Positions 56,577-64,000 of a stretch of DNA of 64,000 nt are shown piece after piece (the stretch's first letter is position 1; the number at the start of each line of letters is the position of its first letter). The stretch is taken from assembly GCA_963810305.1 (NCBI GenBank), contig CAWEMY010000011.1, positions 72,912 to 136,911 of the forward strand, in the 5' to 3' direction. The translations under genes were made by a program, and so were the position numbers. Under the pieces are notes generated by a model, which was not told the origin of the DNA, ran no database searches, and saw only the letters and a list, made by a program, of their open reading frames with translations. This DNA comes from an uncultured Acidobacteriota bacterium. GTDB lineage: Bacteria; Acidobacteriota; Vicinamibacteria; Vicinamibacterales; 2-12-FULL-66-21.

Positions 56577-57023
56577 GTGACGAAACGAACAGAATTACCC
56601 CCGCGCCCCCAGGAACGGGATACGCCGAAAGAGGCGCCAGAAACCCCGGCGGACGAGCCGAAACCCGCGCCCGTCCAGGATCCGCCGGTCGAACCCGACC
56701 CCGCACCCTACGTGGTGCGCGGAGGTCAGACGGGACAGTTCAATGAGAGTCGCATCATGAATGAAGCTGTGAAGGTACCGGGAGAACGGAAGGAACGCCG
56801 CGGCTTTGCCTCGATGTCGCCTGAGAAACAGCGTGAAATTGCGAGCAAGGGCGGGCGCGCCGCTCACCAGAAGGGGACGGCGCATGAATGGACTGCCGAG
56901 GAAGCGCGATCGGCCGGACGCAAGGGCGGCCAGATCAGCCGCGGAGGCCGCGGCCGGCTGATGGAGCCGGTCAGTCCCCTGCCTCAGCCTGCGCCGGACG
57001 AAAGCACGCGCGATGGGCAGTAG
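56577..57023 (+). CDS. KGG-repeat general stress protein
   Basis: GTG 56577 follows GGGAGG. GFASMSPEKQREIASKGGRAAH and SAGRKGGQIS are KGG stress-protein repeats. Confidence 0.7.
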   Translation: MTKRTELPPRPQERDTPKEAPETPADEPKPAPVQDPPVEPDPAPYVVRGGQTGQFNESRIMNEAVKVPGERKERRGFASMSPEKQREIASKGGRAAHQKGTAHEWTAEEARSAGRKGGQISRGGRGRLMEPVSPLPQPAPDESTRDGQ

Positions 57024-57062
57024 ACGTGCGAAAATGGGTGGGAGTTACGGAGGCGTGTGCGT

Positions 57063-58792
57063 ATGTTGAAACGTGGAACGATGGCGGTGGTGGTCTCGCT
57101 GACCTGCTTCTCGGCGGCGTCGGCCCAGACAACGCCGCCCAGCCAGCAGCCGGCGACGTCGTCGCAGCAGCCGGCACCGACGATGAACGGCGATACCCGG
57201 AAGGCCACGACAACGGCCGATGGGGACACCGGGCTATGGTTCGTGCCGACCGGGGAGATTCTGCCGGCAAAGAGGTGGTCCTTCAGCGTCTACCGGGTGA
57301 ACTTCGACTACGAGGAAGGGTTCACGGACGTGTCGAACTGGCCGGTCACCTTCGGCGTCGGCCTCGGCGATCGCGCCGAGCTGTTCGGCGCGTTCCATGT
57401 GGTGCGGCGCATCGACCGCGACGTCCGGCCGGTCTTCACCAGTAACCCGGAGTCGGGCGGCATGGTGAACGAATACCCGTTTGTCCGCCAGGGGTGGTCG
57501 GGGGATACCGGCTCGGCGACCTGTGGATCGGCGCGAAGATCAACCTGATCGCGCCGTGGCGCAATCAGAACGCCGGGCCGGCCTTCGCGCTGCGCGGGAT
57601 GGTCAAGATCCCGACCGCGAAGGATGATGACGACAACAACGAACCCGGCCTCGGCACCGGCAAGACGGACTTCGCCGTTGATGCGATCCTGAGCAAGGAG
57701 GTCAACGAGCGCGTCGAGCTGTCCGGCTTCGCCGGATTCATCGTCCGCGGCGATCCCGATGGCGTGGATCTGACCAACGGGATCCGGTGGGGCTTCGGCG
57801 CGGGCTTCCCGACGCGCGCGAACCTGCGGCTGACGGCGGAACTGCACGGCGAGAAGTATCTCGACGATGAGATCATCAACTCGCGGATCCTGATCGGGCA
57901 CGAGGACGGGTCGATTGCGCCGCCGCTGACCAGCCTCGATTCGCCGATCAACGCGTCGCTGGGCCTGACGTGGATGCCGGGCAACTGGTTCCTCGGCGCC
58001 GGGCTGAACTACCGCTGGGCGCTCGACGGCCGCAGCGAGTTCGGCGCCTACGACGACGAGACGGGGGATTCGCTCGGCTTCCAGTTCCGCCTCGGGTATC
58101 ACCCGGGCGTGCGGATCTATGTCCCACCGCCGCCTCCGCCACCGCCGCCGCCACCAGTAGCGGCGGCCGTCCATGACCTGTCGGTGAAGGCGCAGTGCAA
58201 CCCGTGCACGGTGGAAGTCGGCAAGACGTCAACCGTCACTGCCTTCCCGCAGTCGTCCATCGGCTGCACCGTGACCTACTCCTGGTCCGCTCCGACCGGC
58301 ACGCTCGCCGACCGGACGGCGAAGGAAACGGTCTGGACCGCGCCGATGCAGACCGGCACCGTGCCGGTGACTGTCACGGTGACCTGTCCGCAGGACGGCA
58401 AGACGGCCAGCGACACGGTGAACATCAACGTGATCGCCGCGCCGGTCAAGGAGTTCGTCTTCGAGGACGTGCACTTCGACTTCGACCGCTACTCGCTGCG
58501 GCCGGAAGCGACGCGCGCGCTCGACGAGGCGATCCGCACGATGCAGGCGAACCCCGAGCTCCGCGTCGAGATCGAGGGTCACACCTGCAACATCGGGACG
58601 GCGGAGTACAACCTCGCCCTCGGCGAGCGCCGTGCCCACTCGGTTCGCGACTACCTCACCGGGCGCGGCGTCGGCGCCGACCGGCTGCGGACCGTGAGCT
58701 ACGGTGAAGAGCGTCCGAAACACGACAACGCGCGCGAAGAGACCCGTCGTCTCAACCGCCGCGCCGCGCTCGTCGTTCGGATTCAGAGGTAA
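57063..58792 (+). CDS. OmpA-family outer-membrane protein (barrel, poly-Pro linker, Ig-like domain, OmpA_C), one frame break
   Basis: ATG 57063 after ACGGAGG. The frame changes at the G5 run 57500-57504, and one extra G would restore ..QGWSGGYRLGDLWIGAK.. The C-terminal part NLALGERRAHSVRDYL..NRRAALV is the peptidoglycan-binding OmpA_C motif. Confidence 0.8.
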
Positions 58793-58856
58793 CCGATGTA
58801 GGCGGTCCGGCTTCCGCTACGAACGGCGGCCCGACTGCTCAACAGGAGCCGGCACG

Positions 58857-59048
58857 ATGCGTTTTGTAAACATCTACCTGATCGGCTATTTCCTGCTCGT
58901 CGTCGGCGCCCTCGGGGCGCTGTGGTACGGCGGCGTGCTGCGACAGATCTCGCCGGTATGGATCATCATCGGACTGGTGATCGCATTCGGCCTCGGGATC
59001 ATGCTCTCAGTCTCCGCAGGGAAACCGGAGATCACGCGGGAATCCTGA
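58857..59048 (+). CDS. Small two-TM membrane protein
   Basis: ATG 58857 after AGGAG. 63 aa: MRFVNIYLIGYFLLVVGALGALWYGG..WIIIGLVIAFGLGIMLSV. Confidence 0.5.
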   Translation: MRFVNIYLIGYFLLVVGALGALWYGGVLRQISPVWIIIGLVIAFGLGIMLSVSAGKPEITRES

Positions 59049-59215
59049 CTTCGATGAGGGTGCGAGGGGTACTTCGATGAGGGTGCGAGGAGTGCGACGG
59101 GTGCGAAACGGGCTTTAAGCCGACTCACCGCGCTCCTCGCACCCTCCGCACCCCTCGCACCCTGGCACTCCGCGCACCCCCCGCACTCCTTCGCACCCCC
59201 CGCACCCTCGTCGTC
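59048..59215. repeat. Composite repeat: 20-nt direct repeat x2 plus GTGCGAGG-type arm, central mini-hairpin, long CGCACCC-type arm
   Basis: ACTTCGATGAGGGTGCGAGG occurs at 59048-59067 and 59071-59090. GGCTT-T-AAGCC lies at 59111-59121. The right arm 59123-59215 carries about 8 GCAC-containing units complementary to the left arm. Confidence 0.9.
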
Positions 59216-59259
59216 AGCCCCCCGTTGGCACATCTTGTGAACACTGCTGGGTCGCCACG

Positions 59260-61167
59260 ATGACGCCGTTAGTTTTCCGTTCGATTCTGGTGACTTTTTT
59301 CCTCGTGAGTGTCATCGCGTGCAAAGAAGACACAGGGATTCAAGTCAAGGGCTTCAAGTTCACGGGAAACAACGCGGTGACCACGGGGCAGCTCAGAAGC
59401 GTCCTCGCGACAGCGCCGAGCGCGTGGCTGCCGTGGGGGACGAAGCGCTACTTTTCACGCGATCAGTTCGAGGCTGATCTGAAACGGATCGTGGCGTTCT
59501 ACACCGACCGCGGCTACCCCGACGCGCGAGTGACGTCCTTCGACGCAAAACTGAGCCAGGATCAGACCTCGGTCGATCTCACGGTCAACATCTCGGAAGG
59601 TGAACCGGTGGTGGTTGAGCGGATGGTGTTCGAGGGGTTCGAAGCGCTGCCGGAGGACCATCGGCGGTCGCTCGACACCCGGCTGCCGCTGAAGATGGGC
59701 CAGCCGCTGGACCGCGCGCTCCTGAGCGCGAGCCGCGAGGCGGCGCTCGACGAACTGCGCGATCACGGGCATCCCTACGCCTCCGTGCGCCTGGCCGAGA
59801 ATCCGGGCAGCGGCGAGCGGCAGCGCACCATCACCCTCAGTGCCGATCCCGGTCCAATTGCGCACCACGGCGAGATCCAGATCTCGGGCAATACCACCGT
59901 CAGCGAGAAAGTGATCCGCCGCCAGCTCACGTTCAAACCCGGCGACCTGTTTCGCCAGAGCGAACTGCAGGAAAGTCAGCGCAGACTGTATCGCCTCGAG
60001 CTGTTCGAGTTCGCGAACATTGAACCGATCGGCGTCGAGGCCAGGCCTGAGACGGTTCCGACTCGCGTGACCGTCACCAAGAGTAAGCATCGGAAGGTGA
60101 CATTCGGCGTGGGTTACGGCAGCGAAGAAAAAGCGCGTGCGCAAATTGACTGGCGGCATGTGAACGCGTTCGGCGGCGCCCAGACGGTTGGCGTGCTCGC
60201 GCGGTACTCCGGCCTCGATCGCGGCGTGAGGCTCAGTTATCGGGAGCCCTACATCTTCAGTCCGCACTGGTCGCTCGGCGTCAACGGTCAGGCGTGGCAC
60301 TCGGACGAACCCGCGTTCACGCTCGATACGACCGGTGGTCGTGTGACCATCACCCGCGAGTTCGCGCGTGGCGGGGGGTTCGTGCTCACGCGCCGGCCGC
60401 GGATGGCGCTCTCACTGACCTACGCGAACGAGCATGAGAGCTCGACGATCACGCAGGAGGCGCTCGACGACCCGAGCTTCCACGATGACCTCATCGCCCT
60501 GGGGCTCGATCCGCGAACCGGAGAGACGTCGGGGCAGCGATCGGCTCTGAGCGTCGACGCCACCCGCAACACCACCGACAACCTGCTCGACGCGAAGCGA
60601 GGCTACGTCGCCAGCGTGCACCTCGAAAAGGCAGGCGGCTTCCTCGGGGGTACCTACGAGTACCGCGAGGCGACGGGCGAAGGCCGCGTCTATCAAAAAC
60701 TCGGCAACTTCGCGGTGATTGCGATTCAAGCGCGCGCGGGCACGATCGAGGCGTCAGGGTCACCCGACGTGCTGGTGCCGTTTCACAAACGGTACTTTCT
60801 CGGCGGCTCGACAACCCTTCGCGGATGGGGACGTTTCGAAATGGCGCCGCTCGACGACGAGGGGCTTCCGATCGGGGGCACGAAATTCACGAACTTCTCC
60901 GCGGAGCTGCGTGCGCCGATCTGGCGGCAGCTCTCGGGTGTCGTCTTCGTGGATGGCGGCGTCGTCTGGGCCGATCGCAGCAGTCAAGTGCAGAACGATA
61001 CGGGGTGGCGGTATGACGTCGGCCCCGGGTTGCGTTACCAGACGCCGATCGGACCGATCCGGGTCGACTTCGGATATCAGCTCAATCCCCTTCCCGGCCT
61101 GATCGTGAATGGCGAGCCCCAGCCGCGCCGATACCGCTTTCACTTCAGCATCGGTCAGGCCTTCTAA
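59260..61167 (+). CDS. Omp85-family outer-membrane assembly protein (TamA/BamA-like, POTRA domains plus barrel)
   Basis: POTRA-like ..IQVKGFKFTGNNAVTTGQLRSVL... The C-terminal barrel ends ..RYRFHFSIGQAF. Followed by a TamB-like gene. Confidence 0.8.
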   Translation: MTPLVFRSILVTFFLVSVIACKEDTGIQVKGFKFTGNNAVTTGQLRSVLATAPSAWLPWGTKRYFSRDQFEADLKRIVAFYTDRGYPDARVTSFDAKLSQDQTSVDLTVNISEGEPVVVERMVFEGFEALPEDHRRSLDTRLPLKMGQPLDRALLSASREAALDELRDHGHPYASVRLAENPGSGERQRTITLSADPGPIAHHGEIQISGNTTVSEKVIRRQLTFKPGDLFRQSELQESQRRLYRLELFEFANIEPIGVEARPETVPTRVTVTKSKHRKVTFGVGYGSEEKARAQIDWRHVNAFGGAQTVGVLARYSGLDRGVRLSYREPYIFSPHWSLGVNGQAWHSDEPAFTLDTTGGRVTITREFARGGGFVLTRRPRMALSLTYANEHESSTITQEALDDPSFHDDLIALGLDPRTGETSGQRSALSVDATRNTTDNLLDAKRGYVASVHLEKAGGFLGGTYEYREATGEGRVYQKLGNFAVIAIQARAGTIEASGSPDVLVPFHKRYFLGGSTTLRGWGRFEMAPLDDEGLPIGGTKFTNFSAELRAPIWRQLSGVVFVDGGVVWADRSSQVQNDTGWRYDVGPGLRYQTPIGPIRVDFGYQLNPLPGLIVNGEPQPRRYRFHFSIGQAF

Positions 61168-61219
61168 ACTATGAACTCTGAACTACGAACGGTGAACCGT
61201 GAACGGTAACTGGTCACGC
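61164..61219. repeat. Tandem degenerate heptamer array (NNGAACN x7-8)
   Basis: CTAAACT ATGAACT CTGAACT ACGAACG GTGAACC GTGAACG GTAACTG. Spans the tamA-like stop and the tamB-like start. Confidence 0.85.
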
Positions 61220-61221
61220 AG

Positions 61222-64000
61222 ATGAGGGCTCTGAGGCGTCTTCTTCAGGCGATCGCCATCGTCGGCACCCTCTTCGTCGGGGTCGATGGCGGTTGCGCTG
61301 ATCGTCTCGCAGACGCCCTGGTTCAAAGACTGGCTCCGCCGCTACATCGTCCGCGAGTCGAAGCAGTATCTGAATGGCGAGCTGTCGATCGGCACCCTCG
61401 GTGGCAATCTGTTCTTCGGCGTGCAGCTCGCCGACGTGGCGGTGGACGTGTCCGGCGAGCGCGTGATTGCCGTCAAGGCGCTCGAACTCGATTACAACGC
61501 GCTGCAATTGATCTCGCGCGGCATCGTCCTCGATCAGATCAAGCTGGACCAGCCGCAGCTGAAGATCGAGCACGATGCTCAGGGCTGGAACCTCGCACGG
61601 CTGGTCCGCAAGCAGGAAAAAGAAGCGGACCGAGAGGGACCCGGTCGTAGCGTGTCGATGCCGCTGATCCAGATCACTGACGCCACGGTGTCAATACGTG
61701 ATGCGGTAGGGACGAGCGGATTCGAACTTCCTCGGCAAGTGCAGGACGTCGACATCAAGGCCGGTTTTCGAGTACGAGCCCGTGCACTACTCGATCGACC
61801 TCGAGCATCTCAGCTTCAGCGGCACGGCACCGGAATTCGCGCTCGGCCAGGCGAACGGAAAGATCGCGGTGCGCGACGACAACATCTATCTCGACGGGCT
61901 GGCGATCAACACCGCTGAAACGGCCGTCCGCTTCGACGGAGTCATCGAACAGTATTTGCGCACGCCGGTCGTGAAGATCACGACGACCGGGAAGTTGTCA
62001 CTGCCGGAAATCGGCCGCGTCGTTCCGGCACTCGCCGGATATCAGTTGCACCCTGACATCAGTGTCAAGGCGGACGGTCCGCTCGAACGCGTGGCGCTCG
62101 AACTCGACGTCCGCTCGGAAGCCGGCAGCGTGAAGGGACAGATTACCGGCGACTTCGAGGGTCCGGTGTTCGGCGTCGAAGGCGAGGTCGATCTCAACAA
62201 GCTGAATCTCGGTCCGATTCTGAAGAATCCTGCGCAGCGAAGCGACATCACCGGGCATGCGCGGGTCGATGTCGAGTTCCCGGACACACCCGCCGGCGAC
62301 GCCGTTGAACGAGCGCGGCAAGGCACGTTCGCGTTTTCAGGACCACGCGTCGTGGCCTACGGGCTACGACGTCAGCAACGTGCAGGTCACCGGAACGCTG
62401 GCTGGCCGTCGCATCGATGTGAACGGACGAGGGGCGGCGTATGGCGGCACTGCCACCGCGCGCGGCTTCATCGTCGACTCCGTCGGGAGCAATCCCGCTT
62501 TCGTACGACCTGCGCGGCACGGCCGCCGGAGTCAATCTCCGGAACCTGCCCCCAGCAGTCGCGGCGCCGGACGTGACGACGAACCTGTCGCTGTCGCAGT
62601 ATCACGTCCGCGGGCAGGGCAGCACGCTCTCGGGCGACGTCGTGCTGAACCAGTCGACCGTCGAAGGGGCGACGCTCGGCGACGGTACGGTTGCGCGGTT
62701 CGACGTCCGGCCTCGGGCGGTGAGCTACACGGCGCGCGGAAGCGATCGCGGACCTGGATCGTCGAGCGCATCGGCCGCGCATTCGAACGTGACCGCCGTT
62801 GCGAAGCCGGAGTACGCGAGCCGTCTGAGCGGCACGTTCGACGTGAAGGGCAGTGTGCCCCGGTCGCCCGCGGCGCGCCGGCCAGCAGGACTCGACGATC
62901 GCGACGATGACCCTCGACGCGTCGGGGACGCTGAAGAACTCGGAGATCCTCGGCGGCCGTCTGCCGGAGCTCGGGTACGAGGCGCATATCGCGAACGGGA
63001 CGCTCTCGGCGAAAGTGAATGGCCAGGTGGAGGGATTCGATCCCGCTCGGGTGTTCGAGCGTCCCGGGCTCGAGGGAACTATCACCGGCACGGTCAGTGC
63101 GGACATCACGATCGCGAATCTCGGCGCAGAACGCGTGTCGGCGTTCGACGGGCTCACGCTGAATGCGAGAGGCACGCTGCGCGACTCGACCATCATGGGC
63201 GGGCGGCTGCCGTCGCTGGGCTACGAAACCCGCATCGCCAACGGCACTCTATCCGGAAAGGTGAACGGCCCGTTCGAGCACTTCGATCCTGCGCGACTGG
63301 CGTCGCGGCCTGATCTCAAAGGGGACGTCAGTGGGACCGTGAACGCCACGTTTGGTGTCGCGAAGCTTGGAGAACCGTGACCCCGGATGCGATCACGGCG
63401 AGCGGTCAGCTCGACCTTGTCGCCGTCCACGGTCGGTGGTCTGCAGATCGACAGCTGCGACGGTCGACGGCAGCTATGCGAACGAGATTGCGGATGTAAA
63501 GCAGTTGACCCTCACGGGGCCGGACGTCAAAGCGACCGCGTCGGGCCGCGTCGCGCTGAATGCGACGGCCGTGTCGAACCTCAAGTATCACGTGGAAGCC
63601 ATCAACGTCGCCGAGCTGGCACGGCTTGCCGGACAGCAGGAAGTGGGCGGCAGCGCCGTCCTCGACGGGACGATCACGGGGAACCGGGCAGCGTTGACGA
63701 CGACCGGCACGCTCGACGGCAGCAAGTTGTCGTACAAGACCGGCAGTGCACTCGATCTCGACAGCACCTATACGGTAACGATCCCCGACTTCCAGGTCGC
63801 GCGTGCGCGTGTCGACGCAACGACCTCGGGCACGTTCCTGAAGATTGGCGCCGTTGAGATCAACGAGCTGACGGCCAAGACCACCTATGCCGACCACCGA
63901 GTGGACTTCACGACAAACGTCAAGGAGAAGACGCGCGAGCTGGACGCCACCGGACAACTCATCCTGCACGCCGATCACCAGGAACTCCACCTGCCGACGC
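61222..64000 (+). pseudogene. TamB-like (DUF490/AsmA-type) translocation-assembly protein, partial at window end, at least 8 frame changes
   Basis: The N-terminal anchor RRLLQAIAIVGTLFVGV then continues through ORFs 61286.., 61782.., 62257.., 62441.., 62853.. and unlisted frames after 63377. The repetitive ..G.L.G.V.G... beta-rich sequence stays protein-like only if the frame is switched near 61280, 61765, 62335, 62500, 62870, 63376, 63433 and 63456. Confidence 0.6.

Overview
GC-rich bacterial chromosomal segment. The gene content looks like a soil Acidobacteriota-type organism: a CarboxypepD_reg-type TonB receptor, a MoxR/DUF58/VWA/TPR 'Bat' operon and many secreted beta-propellers. This taxonomic call is inference only. 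About 60 genes are supportable.

Gene layout:
- 111-7430: operon of TonB-dependent receptor, beta-propeller protein and amidohydrolase.
- 9.3-14.8 kb: Bat-like MoxR operon.
- 14.8-20.9 kb: RND efflux pump, adaptor, secreted methyltransferase and a heavy-metal-binding-domain protein.
- 22.8-40.2 kb: aromatic-compound catabolic island. It holds a FAD monooxygenase, an amidohydrolase-2 decarboxylase, a Tat-amidase with an AtzG-like small subunit, and a full protocatechuate branch pcaIJ-pcaHG-pcaB-pcaL under a GntR/FadR regulator.
- 40.2-64 kb: housekeeping and envelope genes. These are LemA/TPM, YvcK, an ECF sigma module, ABC-F, vapBC, LigD-type phosphoesterase, a POT transporter, a radical SAM enzyme, an ATP-grasp enzyme, YggX, OmpA-family and TamA/TamB-like proteins.

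Most notable observations:
1. Two paralogous beta-propeller genes (3320-5488 on +, 36850-39102 on -) are each split only by an in-frame TGA. The blade repeat continues through the TGA, and a hairpin with compensatory base changes between the paralogs follows it. Together these suggest an undescribed selenocysteine-containing beta-propeller family.
2. The same window holds a radical SAM gene whose true C-terminus reads C-TGA-A-E-P (the CUAEP tail) with a similar AGGUU-loop hairpin. So Sec decoding is very likely active in this genome.
3. Degenerate tandem 7-9 nt repeat arrays are widespread. They often form inverted arms at gene ends, and two or three lie inside coding regions.
4. There are many frame disruptions, and several of those resolved to the base sit at short homopolymer runs. 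This points to assembly indels rather than real pseudogenes, except possibly in TamB.

No rRNA, tRNA or CRISPR array was seen.
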